Of a DNA stretch of 64,000 nucleotides, positions 13,537-25,707 are shown in pieces. The first letter of the stretch is position 1. Every line of letters starts with the position of its first letter. This DNA is from Octopus bimaculoides (Eukaryota). The stretch lies in assembly GCF_001194135.2 (NCBI RefSeq), contig NC_068984.1, positions 98,819,538 to 98,883,537 of the forward strand, given 5' to 3'. The notes under the pieces were generated by a model that saw nothing but the letters and a program-made list of their open reading frames with translations, was not told where the DNA came from and did not search any database. Both the position numbers and the translations under genes were made by a program.

Positions 13537-14410
13537 CAGGGTGTTTGCACTAAATTTGATAATTTGCATAAAAGTGAAAGGAAACACAATATCCCATTCA
13601 AAAATAAAGGTATCTTAAAAACTCAAAAAATATCAACTAGATTATGGCTGAGAGAGAACAGTCTACTCAAAGTAGATGCCCTTAGCTTCCACCATGGCCT
13701 CAACACAGCTCCAGAACCTGGTGCATGCATTTCTTACTTGTTCCTGGGAAGTTCTTTGAACACCTCCTTGATTTTGGTCACCAACTCAGTCTTGATGTTG
13801 CAGGCAGAGTGGTTTTCTTAGCTGCACCCCTATACCTAGTAATCCATAGGATTACAATCGAAAGAATGAGGAGGCCAGAAATTGGGGCTGGTGAACATTG
13901 TAGAAGTTTTCTGATGACCACTTCTGACTCTTTCCAGAGGTTTGGCATAAAGCCAAATCTAGCTGCCACATATGTAGCCTTCCAATAACAACCCTCTCCA
14001 GCCAGGAATTTAATCATAGTCTCCAGCAGTTTTACATAGTCATTTCAATTGTGACTAAGGCCTTGTTCATCAGTTGTTGGATGAATTCCAATTTGCAGTT
14101 GCACTCAGAATGCCTGCTGTGTCCCTTCCTGCTGGTCACAACTTCGTAGTCTCCTTTACAGCTGTCCATGGCACATCTTACATCCTTTACAGTTGTCACA
14201 ATGCATTGAGCGGCAGTCATGACGTCAACATTTTGATACCTGGCACAAATCATCATGATAAAGGCAACCCTTTTCCAGTATTCAGATGGCTTCAAGTCCT
14301 CCATGTCAGCTAAGTTTATTGCAACTACAACTTTAAATCTTTATGCTCTCCAACATCGTTGACTGTTCACCAATACTTCAAACTGTTCCTGAAAAAAGAG
14401 ACATAAAAAA
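13537..14410 (-). mobile_element. Second maT/DD37D-like transposon remnant
   Basis: TA + cagggtgtttgcac terminus at 13537. N-terminal ORF 14032-14304 (MEDLKPSEYWKRVAFI...) is homologous to the 11.8 kb copy; C-terminal NFWPPHSFDCNPMDY motif present; other TIR not seen. Confidence 0.78.
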
Positions 14411-14506
14411 GCCATCACATTTAATCTAAGCATGATGTATGTATATATGCATAAATTATCATCATCTTCATTTTAACTTCCACTTTTCCATGCTTGTATG
14501 AGTTGG

Positions 14507-15531
14507 ATGTATGTATATAGAGAGAGACAGATAATGATGCAAATAAATAAATAAACAGGTTTTTATATATATTACATACAAAATTAAGAGAAATGACCAC
14601 CAAAGTGGACCCCTAATATGCTAAAGATAGATGTAAAATCGCCTTACCACGAAGAGTGTGTTCTTAAGAAATATTTCGGCAAAACGCCAGAATGTAAAAT
14701 GAGCAAGACAAATGAAAATATACGAAATAAAAACCATGTGGTTGAGAAACAAGCTTCTTACCACACAACTATGCTTGCTGCTATATATACAAACAATGTG
14801 CTTATTTCAGTTTTCCCCTCCCAAATGTACTTACATCTAATCAATCTCTCCACCTTAAAGACAGAGTCTGAATTTGCAGTAATGCTTATATGCATACACT
14901 ACTGGTTGTATATCGTTGACTTTTTGCACTCTCCATCTGCCAACTTTACAGCTATTTTATATTTCTGAACCCCCAAAAAACAGCTGTTGGACCTGAAATA
15001 CCATGCCCTCTCTCCTTAGTTTTCCATATCTTTTCTATTCCATGTAAATCTCTTCTGCAAATATATGAATATATACCTATATGCTTATACATGAATGTTC
15101 ATCTGAATATTTTCAGTTTCTGTTTCCCTCTGTATATATCCCTTTATATATTTATATATATTAATTCTGGCCTCAGCACACCAAAATGAAGACATTTGAA
15201 AAATACTCCCAACTATAATTTGCAGAACTTTATACATGCTCTCTTTTGGGTGAGCGTTCTGTGCCTAGTTCTGAAAATTGTGTTTTGTAAATGACAGACT
15301 ATGCTGATGAGCTTGCAGATACTTACATTCATAAATATTAACAAGCGAAACCATTGGTATGTAGGTAATCGTTTTTTATTTCGTATATTTTCATTTGTCT
15401 TGCTCATTTTACATTCTGGCATTTTGCTGAAATTTTTCTTGAGAACACACTCTTTGTGGTAAGGCAACTTGACATCTATCTTTAGCATATTAGGGGTCCA
15501 CTTTGGTGGCCATTCCTCTTAATTTTGTATG

Positions 15532-15569
<38 letters not shown>

Positions 15570-15632
15570 GTATATTCAAAACCTGTTTATTTATTTATTT
15601 GCATCATTATCTGTCTCTCTCTATATACATAC
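14507..15632. repeat. Inverted repeat pair (14507-14735 / 15371-15632), probable PLE pseudo-LTR foldback (family D)
   Basis: ccaccaaagtggacccctaatatgctaaagatagatgt...aaatgaaaatatacgaaataaaaac is reproduced in reverse complement; HHR immediately inside the right arm. Confidence 0.85.
15299..15364 (+). ncRNA. Type I hammerhead ribozyme, canonical core (family D)
   Basis: CUAUG-CUGAUGA-GCUUG[26 nt]CAAGC-GAAA-CC[AUU]GG-UA^-UGUAG. All core nucleotides present; 5-bp stem II; stem I with two G-U pairs explicable as CpG decay of CUACG/CGUAG; GUA cleavage triplet after 15359. Confidence 0.8.
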
Positions 15633-15650
15633 ACACACACACACACACGT

Positions 15651-15695
<45 letters not shown>

Positions 15696-17976
15696 GAGAC
15701 TGTGAATTAATGTTGACTTAATAAGTCAAATAGTATAAAACAAAATAGTTCAAAAATATAAAAAATTCAATGAATATTGTTGATTGAATTTATTGAAGTT
15801 TTATCATTGTGCACTTTTAGACTCAGCATTTAGTTTCTGTGTGAAGCCACAAATATACATGGCAAAGTTTTTTTCATTATATCTTGTCTATAAACACACT
15901 TTTAACATATCTCAGAGGAAATTCTAGAGCCAAACGACCTGGCAGTGTTCAGCTGACAGTTTATCTGATATCTATTTTGTAGGATGAAGAAGGGAAAAAG
16001 CTAAATGTTTGTTTGCCAAGACATGTCATCTGATTCTCGGACCTCATTATTCAGACATAATACATACACAAGAAAAAATACAAGAAAACAAAAATGACAA
16101 GCTTCAGGCATAGAATTTACTGTTACCCATATAATTTGAATATATTAGATGAAGGAATTGGTGGAGAGACTGTGTTAGAATAAATGCCTTTTGTTGATAT
16201 TTAGTGATGTTGCCTCATGTTCCTAGTTCAAAATCTTGCTATGTTTCTCTTTGTCTTTCATTTTTCTGGGATTGATAAAAAAAAGTACTGGTGATATATA
16301 TTCATTAATACTAGCTGGACCTGTGAAAACTTTAGGACAAACAAAAATGTAAGCATCTGTAAATAGTGACTTTGTTTAATAATTATTGAATAATTATGTA
16401 TAAGCAGGAGCCTGGGAAATTCTACGAAATACAAAACATGTAAGCATCTTTAAAAGTAACATCAAATTATAGTGTAGAAAAGTAAAATATCCAATATTGG
16501 CTGAGGATCCAGTATACAGGATGTGATAATTAATTATATTGTAGGAAAGCAAAAGTAACATCCAATATTTGCTGTGGTTATGTATCTGTCTACTCTGAAA
16601 GTACTGATAAACATTTAAAAACACAAAACAAACGCCACCTTCTTTTCAGTCACCACTCACTCTTTCACTCTTCCTCTGTCTCTCTCACTCTGCCACTCAC
16701 TTCAACCATACCTCCTCTGCTTAACACTTTTCATTTCTCTTTTACTTTCTGCCTCTCCCTTCAACTGCAGAAAAGTAACAGTAACATTCACAGCTATTTG
16801 CTGAGAGAGTGACAGCTACATGGAGAGAGAGAGTGTGTGTTAGAGAGAGAAAGAGACAGACAGACAGAATAACTGTCAGACAGATAGATAGATAAGCAAC
16901 ATTTCTTTTTGCAATTTCCATATTTTCAATGGCTTTTTCATATGTCGTCGAAATCAAAAAGTTTTGCAGTGTTTTCTGTATGAGAATGGTTCCATTCTCT
17001 TTCACTATTATTTTCTATCCACTCCCTTCCTTCACTCAATCTATCTCTCTAAATCTCTCTCTTTTCAACTCCCTCCTCTATGTCTCCTTGCCTCCATCCT
17101 CCTGCATTTATTGCATTATATTTCTCTGACCTCTCAGTGCTCTCATTCTTCCCCTTCTCTCTCTCTCTTTCACACCTTGTTACTTCTTCGTCTTTGCCAC
17201 TTTGCATCTCACTTCAACTGTACTTCCTTTGTTTCTGTCCCTCCCCTCTCTTTCGTTTTGCCACTCACTTCAACTATACCTCCTCTGCTTTACACCATTC
17301 ATTTCTCTTTTTCGTTCTACCTCTCCCTTCAACCTTTTTACCTCTTCCTTTGAAGTAAGTGTGACACATACCACAGGTACGTACAAAAACAAAAAGTTAG
17401 CATATTGATATTATTGATATTTTAAATTAAATAGTAATTAGTACTAAAATTCTTCAAGATGGTGCTCCAGTATGGCTGCAGTTTAATGAGTGAAACAACT
17501 AAAACAATTGGAAGATAAAAAGTAAACAATAGCAGGTTTAGATGTAGGTTTCCAATAAGCCAATCACTGGTTTGCTTACATTCTTGAAGACAATAGTCAC
17601 AAGGATGTATCTGTAGCTTGCTACAGAACAAATAGCAAGAGGGACTTCATTTGAAAAGTGCTGGTCTTTCAGCTTTTACAACAATGTTTATATTCTTTGT
17701 ATATATACTCATATACAATTACATATAAATATACATACAGATGCACTTACAAACCTACATACATCATATTTCTTTTATTCTTAATATAAGGATACATAGA
17801 GGGGACAAACATGGACAGACAAGAACATATATATGGGTCTTCAGCTTTTTACAAATATTTTAATGAATGGATTATTATAAATGAAGATGATAATATATAA
17901 TATAATATATGATAAGATAAAAATTATTAGTTAAAAATTTTGAAAGTTCTTTTTCGGTTTGAGTTATTTCACTAAC

Positions 17977-18131
17977 CCGCTGGTTGATTTCCTTTTTGTG
18001 TTCTTTTTCCATTTCTTCTATGTCTGGACCGGCCGTGTTGGCACGGCTCCTTGGATACTCATCTTTCTTACAATTTCCTTCCATCTTTTCGCGAACACTC
18101 TCTGCAGCAGACTCCTCCTCTTCAGATGGAT
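17977..18131 (-). CDS. Candidate 155-nt exon or orphan coding fragment (acidic, coiled-coil-like)
   Basis: Open frame DPSEEEESAAESVREKMEGNCKKDEYPRSRANTAGPDIEEMEKEHKKEINQR, flanked by ttttcaAG and GTtagt; CpG-rich relative to flanks. No homolog recognised. Confidence 0.3.
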
Positions 18132-18995
18132 CTTGAAAACATGATGGGCGGTGAAGTAATTCACCAGCCCTCGTGAATTACATGCATATACATGCATGCA
18201 CACATGCATACATACATACATGCATACCAGCATACAGGCATACATACATGCATACGTAAATACATACATACATTACATACATGCATACATACTTATGTAT
18301 ATGAGTGCCAGTATGCATACATACATATATACATATATACATATCTTTCCTCTACAGTTAAGATTAGTAGTTTAGAGCTAATCAAAAGTGTAAACAAATC
18401 TGAGTTGAAATTCGTTTGTGTAATTTTGATAAAATTAATTAACTACTCGTTAACTACAGAGTTTTTTTAGATTGAGGATGGGTATATTTTCTTTGATGTC
18501 TACCAAGACTATAAACTGTTTCAGTCTATTCTGTTCATAGAAACATAAAACCTGAACATTTTGTTTCCTTTTCCCAGAGATGTTACATTTGAAATGTTTA
18601 TTAAAACTATACAAATAAATGAGTAAATAATACAATAAATGAAATATAAGTATATAGATAAAAAAAAATGCAGATACTATCATTATTTTACATCTGTTTA
18701 ATACTTTTATCCTCAAAAGAATTTTATACATCGTTTGTTAGTGATAAGGTATTTTGTTAATTTATTTTATTGATATCTACTACCTGTCTTTAGTATTTAC
18801 TTGTATGTTCCTGGTAGTATGTATGTATATAAGTATGCATGTATGTATGCATATATGTATGTATATACATATATACTTATGTATATATGTACGAATGTAT
18901 GTATACACACGCATACACGTATATATAGTAGACAGACAGACAGACAGACTGACAGATACATTTCTTTTATTAGCCACACAGGGCTCAACAAAGAT

Positions 18996-19060
<65 letters not shown>

Positions 19061-19143
19061 ATAAAGACGGATAGACAGCTGAACAGATGGATAGACAGAT
19101 GGATGGATAAACAGATAGATATTTAGATAGGTAGATAGATAGG

Positions 19144-19189
<46 letters not shown>

Positions 19190-19190
19190 T
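18996..19190. repeat. Compound (GATA)n/(GGAT)n microsatellite
   Basis: Direct reading. Confidence 0.95.
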
Positions 19191-19537
19191 ATGTGTGTGT
19201 GTGTGTGTGTATGGTGTGTATTATGGTGGTAAATTAGAAGAATTATTAGCATGTCAGAACACCCTGTGGCTATTTGCATTTTGAGAGTAACAACTGAAAC
19301 TACACTGGTACCTTTCCTGTGTGCATCATTGGTGGTGGTCATGTTAAGAAGTGATATTGGCATTCATTGGCAAGTGATGCTCTTCCATAAAAAACGTTTC
19401 AGCTGCATTTCCAGATATGAAATGTACAGAGACCTTGTCTTATTTATATATCTCAAGCCACTGTTGTACTTGTATATAAAGCTTTGAGACAATATGTTTA
19501 TGAATAATTTTGTATATAAATTTGGTAAACATACATA

Positions 19538-19950
19538 TAGGCACAAGTATCAGTCACATGATTCTGGATTCAGTCCCACAATGGTTGCACTTTGGGAAAG
19601 TGTCTTCAACTATAGCCTTGGGCTGATGAGGCCTTGTGAGAGGATTTTGAAGATAGAAACTGAAAGAGGCCTGTTGTATATATGTGTATGTGTATGTGTA
19701 TGTATGTGTGTATGTGTGTCTGTGTATGTGTTTGTGCATGTGCATGCTTGTGTGTGCATGTGTGCACGCATGTGTGTGTAAGTTTGTGGGTGTGTGTGTG
19801 TGTGTTTGCTTGTGTCTCTGTTTGATTTCCACCATTGCTTGACAGCTGGTGTTGGTTTGTTTGAGTCCTCATAACTTAGAGGTTCAGCAAAAGAGACCGA
19901 CAATATAAGAACCAGCATGACCACAGTCAAATGCCTGAAACAAGTAAATA
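19538..19950 (+). mobile_element. tRNA-derived SINE (family S1) with internal (TG/TATG)n tract
   Basis: Head ...cacatgattctggattcagtccca, body gtgtcttcaactatagccttggg...gaaactgaaagag, microsatellite, tail cttgaca.c.g.tgttggt...gcaaaagagaccga...gaaacaagtaaa; shared with 40705-41030. Confidence 0.85.
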
Positions 19951-20234
19951 TTAAAGATACATTTAGCTTTGTTAACCACAACAACTTTCTCTGTAGAACG
20001 AATTAAAGAACAATGCAACTAGTTTTGCCTGGTAATTGCTAGCTCATCAGGAGAGGGAGAAAAGAGTTAAATATGAATACTGCTTTAAACAACAAGTGGT
20101 ACATTTAATTATTTGCAGTGATGGGAGAAACACACACACACACACACTCTCTCTCTCTCTCACACACACACTCTCTCTCTCTCTCTCTCACACACATGCA
20201 CACACACACACACACTCTATCCCTCTCTCACACA

Positions 20235-20400
20235 CACACATGATGAGCTTCTTTCAGTTTCCATTTACCAAATCCATTCACAAGGCTTTGGTCGAATTGA
20301 GGATAAAATTGAAGACACTTGTCCAATGTGCCATGCAGCGGAACTGAACCCAGAACCATGTGGTTGGAAAGCAAGCTTCTTACCACACATGCACATGTGT
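20235..20400 (-). mobile_element. SINE S1, 5' half
   Basis: Reverse complement of the S1 head (ggtaagaagcttgctttccaaccacatggttctgggttcagttcc). Confidence 0.8.
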
Positions 20401-20492
20401 GTATATACACATGCACATATACTTGTACACAAACATTCACACACACAAACACACACATATAATTAGATGAAGGTAGTTATGGCTGCTCTATG

Positions 20493-20585
20493 GGGTTACC
20501 CAGGGTTTTACATCCATAAAGCACTTAGCTTTACAACATCTCTTCAGACCCTAATGGAGGGAGCTTTGCTGATTTACTGACTATG

Positions 20586-20651
<66 letters not shown>

Positions 20652-20670
20652 CACACACATATATATATAT

Positions 20671-20704
<34 letters not shown>

Positions 20705-21350
20705 ATACATGCATACATATATACATATATATACATATATATATATGTATATATGTATATATACACACACGTATATATATAAATTCACTTCCTTCATTTT
20801 CCAGGCAAGTAGCATCGGTCAAATCTGTGATGTCCTGTGTAGTCCATGGTTTACGCACACGTCGGGAGAGTGCCACTCTTGTACATGAACACTCCAGTCG
20901 ATCTCACTTAGTCGTAACATTGTTGATTACTACTAACGACACCACACGTGCCTGGCATACAGATCCTGCAACATCTGATTGGTCAAGTTCAGTAATCAGC
21001 TGTAAGTATACATGTAATCCAGTTTATAGTCAACACTGATTTATTGTTTTACCCCTCTCCCCACTAACCACACAGAATGATAAAAATCCGCTTATCCTAT
21101 CATATCATCATAAAACCTAAATATTACTTTAATATGTCATGCTTCAGTGAGTTCTTATTCAACCAGAACCAAAAATCCAATCTGTTTTGAAAAGTCTATC
21201 AGTGCTGCTAGGGAATCTTATGTATTTTGATGTTTACACAAGTTCAACCTTGACCAAAAGCATTTTTGCAATAATATTTACATCATCACATGTTCCACTT
21301 AATATAAGAGTATTTCTTTTATTAATAGCACATTGCTTGGATAACCTTGT
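20493..21350 (-). mobile_element. Decayed PLE (RT end, GIY-YIG, tail) with a degenerate HHR at 20493-20551
   Basis: Minus frames [57 protein letters not shown]. Downstream: GGGU-CUGAAGA-[GUAAAGC/GCUUUAU hairpin]-(U)AAAA-CCCUGGGUA-ACCC, with GAAA damaged. Confidence 0.5.
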
Positions 21351-21987
21351 TTGCCGTTCACCAATTTACAACTATGTTTTTATGTTTATTTATCTGTCTA
21401 TCTATTGCTCTCTTTCTATTTCTCTGTGTATATATACATATATTCTTTTATTCTTTTATTTGTTTCAATTATTTGACTGCAGCCATGCTGAAGCACCACC
21501 TTTACATACACATACATACATACATACATTATACACACACACACACACACACATATATGTATGTATGTATGTATACACACACATATCGCACACTCACAGA
21601 CATATATATATGTATGTATATATGTATGTATATATGTATATACACACACACACATGCACTCACAAATATATATATATAAATGTGTGTATTTGTAAATAGA
21701 TACATACATATGCATGTCCGTGTAGCAGTGTGTGAGTATACAATCATATATATAGAGAGAGATAAAGAGAGAGTCAGAGAGATATAGATAGTTATGAACA
21801 CATGTAAACTGGTGAATACCAAACAGGATTAGCTAATCTCATGACAGTTGGAATAAGTGTCCTCACTCCTAGCCATTGGTCCAACAATTCTTATGGATAG
21901 AATGTTTGAAAGCCTATCTATCTATTTATCTATCTATCTCTCTATCTGTCTATCAATTTATCTATCTATCCATCCATTTCTTTATAT

Positions 21988-22504
21988 AGGCACAGGTATG
22001 GTTGTGTGGTAAGAAGTTTGCTTCCCAATCAAATGGTTTTGGGTTCAGTCCTACTATGTGACATGTTGGGCAAGTGTTTTTTTAATATAGCCTCAGGTTG
22101 ACCAAAGGCTTGTGAGTGAATCTGGTAGATGGAATCTGAAAAAAGTCCATCATATATATATATATTTATATATATATAACATTAATCTTGATAAAGAGAA
22201 TAGAGATTTTTCACATCCATAAATTTTATTTTAACAGTTATTTACAGCATATTCTCCAGAGAGAATAACTGTTAAATAAAATTTATGGATGTGAAAAACC
22301 TCTACTCTCTTTATCATTATTAATTACTCTATGGAACATATGCAGTCCTGAACAAGGCGCACAGAATTGCCTGAGAGAAGTTACCAATGCTTGACAACTC
22401 ATTGTTATTACATATGAACCATTGTGGTTAGCCAGCATCTGAAACCAATTTGAGAAAAAACATGGTACTCGCCACAATAATATGTCCCTTTTAACTCATT
22501 TTTG

Positions 22505-22537
<33 letters not shown>

Positions 22538-22745
22538 TTTCACTACTGCTTGACAACCAGTGTTGGTGTGTTTACATACCCATAGCTTAGCACTTTGGCA
22601 TAAGAGACAGATGGAATAAGTACCAGGCCTTGCAAAACATAATAAGTATTAGGGTCAATTCATTCAGCTAAAACTTCTTCAAGGCAGTGCCCCAGCATGG
22701 CCACAGTCTAATGACTGAAACAAGAAAAATAAATGAAAAGATAAA
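21988..22745 (+). mobile_element. SINE S1 interrupted inside its microsatellite by a PLE fragment
   Basis: Head 21988-22150 and tail 22505-22745 match S1; 22182-22500 intervenes. Confidence 0.8.
22182..22500 (-). mobile_element. PLE-like fragment ending in a ~140-nt hairpin (arms 22182-22242 / 22264-22323)
   Basis: Arms differ by ~4 substitutions and 1 indel over ~61 nt. Adjacent minus frame CGEYHVFSQIG... weakly resembles the GIY-YIG C..CGE.YVG motif. Confidence 0.55.
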
Positions 22746-23289
22746 AAAGATATACATACATACACATAATGTTTTTCTTGCCCTTCCCCCACTACCAGCG
22801 ACTGCATCATATTTACTACTTCTGTTGCTCACTGGGGAGACCGATGGATGCAGAAGACTGCATCTCTCTATCCCCAGTTCATAGTTCTTGTATCATCCAC
22901 CCTTCAATCCTACCTGTTTTTAGCAGTCAGTCTCCCACCCCTCATTCACTTTTCCTATCTTGCAAACCACTCACCCATCCACATCTACTCACTTTGTGCC
23001 TTTTAGGGCCCGCCAGGGCACCTTATTTTCATTGTCTAAATCTTGCAATTCCTACTGACCATTTTCTTTTTCTCTTTCTTTCCTCCTCATTTTCCCCTCT
23101 ACTAAATGTGAGGAGCTATGTAGATCCTTCAGAAAGAACCTGTTCTTCCTCCCTCTCTCATAATAATTTCTTTGTCCCTAGCATGGAAACGACCCCACAC
23201 CAATTCCCCCAGTGCTCACAGATTTGTGAACCACATGGTGAACTCAATAGTGTAGGTGGCACAAAAAAAAAAATAAATAAAACACCCAG

Positions 23290-23450
23290 GCCTCGTCATA
23301 AAGTGGTTGCCATTAGGAAGGGGGTATTTTGCTATTAAAATCATGTCATGGTAGACACTGGAGCTGAATGCAGTCCTTGGAGACATTCAGATTTTGTGAA
23401 ACTGTCCACCCATGCCAGCATGGAACATGAATGTTAAATGACGATGATCT
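23290..23450 (+). mobile_element. RTE 3' tail fragment
   Basis: aaaacaccc...cattaggaagggg...catgccagcatggaa...gttaaatgacgatgat. Confidence 0.65.
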
Positions 23451-23479
23451 CTATATATTACAGATGAGTATAGCCACTG

Positions 23480-23975
23480 TCAGTATGTATGCATACATTT
23501 ATGTGCTTTGACTGCAGCATTTAGAGCACTTTAGCTCTTATTTCTAGCATTGTTGATGTTCTAACACTCTCAGTCATATTTCATGACAATTATAGTTTTC
23601 CTTTTTGGTAACACATTGCTAAACCCCTGCCTACATTAATCATTTGTATACACAGTAACAATTCATTAAATCATCCATAGATTTGTATGGTGTGGTAATA
23701 TATACTGATGACAGTTTTGTCCAAAATCAGCCAAGTTGAGCCGACCCTACTGGTGTAAAGATGAAACTGTCTAGTTAGTATAGGGATATTTCGGCTGCTG
23801 CTTTCAGGCAATTATGATCGATATCAGTATGTATGTATACTATTATGTGTTTTGACTGCAGCATTAGAGCACTTTAACTCTTATTTCTGGCATTGTAGAT
23901 GATCAAACACCCTCAGTCATATTTAATGACAATTATAGTTTTCCTTTTTGGTAACACATTGCTAAACTGCTGCCA
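23480..23975. repeat. Direct repeat pair (~150 bp: 23480-23632 and 23824-23975)
   Basis: tcagtatgtatg...tttgactgcagcatt.agagcacttta.ctcttatttct.gcattgt...gacaattatagttttcctttttggtaacacattgctaaac occurs twice. Confidence 0.88.
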
Positions 23976-24025
23976 ATGTTAATTATTTTTACATATGTGT
24001 GTGTGTGTGTGTGTGTATGTGTGTA

Positions 24026-25540
24026 CACTGAACCGCAAAAGAAACGTGAGACATGTGTGACTGTGAAATATGTTTTAATTTCATTGGCAGAGATAAATTT
24101 TGATAAATCTGATAAATTCAATTTCTTGAATGCACTTTAACCACAGTTTATGGGTTCTGGTAGGGGGCGGATCCAGCACATCGAGACTGAAGGGCGTAAC
24201 ATGTTCAATACCATGTAAGCCCTCCCTGGGTGTTCAAAACAGCCATACACTGTTGGTACATGGAGTGCATGAGGCAGTTCACAAAAGCCATTGACACCTG
24301 TGCCCACACCCCGAGGAAAGCTGCCTCAAGTTCCTCACAAGATGTCGACCTTGGGATCACCTGGCTCAGCCATCTTTGGATTTCATCCTACAGGTGTTCA
24401 ATTGGGTTCAAATTCAGGCTGAGAGCCAGCGATGACATGGTTCTGATATTGTGCTGATGCAGAAAGTTCATGGTGATCCTGGCCGTGTGGGAGGGAGCAT
24501 TGTCCTACTGAAACATGTGGCTATGGTGATGAATGAGGAAGGGCATGATGTGAGGTCTTAGGATCTGGTCAATGTAGCGCTGCACTGTGATGCCATTCCC
24601 TCTGCCTGCACCAACATTTTGGAACAAATGGGGCCCAATTCTCTGATTCAGGCCTATATCACCCCAAACCATGATGTTTTGACCACCCCACGTGTCTCTC
24701 TCCATGACATGTGTATTTCTGTAGTGTTCACTCCCCCCTACGCCACACCTTAACTCTGCCATCCAGGGTGGAAATGCAGTACTGGCTCTCATCAGATCTG
24801 CATTGTTGATGCCACCAATGTCAGTGTTGTGTAGCCCACTGTAGTTGTGCCTGATAGTGGTGGGTGGTGAGGACAGACCTTTGAGCAGGACAATGGCAAC
24901 GCAGATTGCTGGTGGCCAGGCAACGTCGTACCATGTCATTGCTGATGGGTCGCTGTCCAGTGCTTATAGTTTTGCAAGTTGTCACACTGGCTGGTCTGAA
25001 GTGATCATGGAGGTGTTGCAAATGGATGAAGTGGTCCTACATGGGCGTGGTCACCCAGGAGCGCCATCTGCGGGCATGGTCTGCAGTGCTGTTGGTATTG
25101 TTGTAGCACTGTTGCAAGCAATAGATGGTGCTGACATAGACATTGTATGCTTTTGCAACAAGCAGGGCACACTGCCCTGCTTGCAATCAGCCAATAGCTT
25201 GTTCTCTTTGTATTGTTGACAATTGATTAATACCTGAAGCATCCAAATTACATATGCTAAGAACATGGTTCAAGTTGATTTTTATACCCATAACCTCCAT
25301 GAGATGCACGTGCATTTTGGTTTCTATGACAATTGTTTGTGACTGCCACCTACGGCATTCAACACAGCTGCGTTTTGGCATCTCATTTCAAGGAAAGTTG
25401 AAAGGTTACCTGCAATTTGGGTCTCAGTCATAAACCAGCATGTCTTGGAATATTTACACTTACATACTCAAAATAAAATTTCAGAATTTACCATGTAAAA
25501 ATGACATTTGAAAATACTGCGTTTCTTTTGCAATTCAGAA
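24026..25540 (-). mobile_element. Full-length but inactivated Tc1 (DD34E) transposon
   Basis: TIRs cactgaaccgcaaaagaaacg / cgtttcttttgcaattcagaa with TA on both sides. Transposase LSTIQREQAIG...IMVWGDIG...RYIDQILRPH...FQ*DNAPSH-(34)-NPIEHL*; stops and frameshifts. Confidence 0.93.
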
Positions 25541-25707
25541 TATATATATATGTATGTGTATATATATATATATATATTGGAAGGTTTGAAGGTGATGTAC
25601 AGAAATTATATAGAAAAAAATTAAGGTACTCAGAAATCTGGATGTTTGTACATTTACAGATTTTTATTAATGTCACATATTAAATAAAGCGCTTTTCACC
25701 TAATGTA

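Noticed and set aside
14650-14700. HHR-like words in the family D arms (ct(t/c)aaga...ggcaaaacgccag)
   Set aside because: Core mismatches in both copies and no convincing stems.
18080-18130. CUGAAGA...GCGAAA on the minus strand within the orphan island
   Set aside because: No NUH triplet or stem III, and the flanking pairing would sequester the core nucleotides.
23700-23785. CUGAUGA...GAAACUGUC as a hammerhead
   Set aside because: Stem II does not close and stem I fails; it is a simple imperfect inverted repeat.
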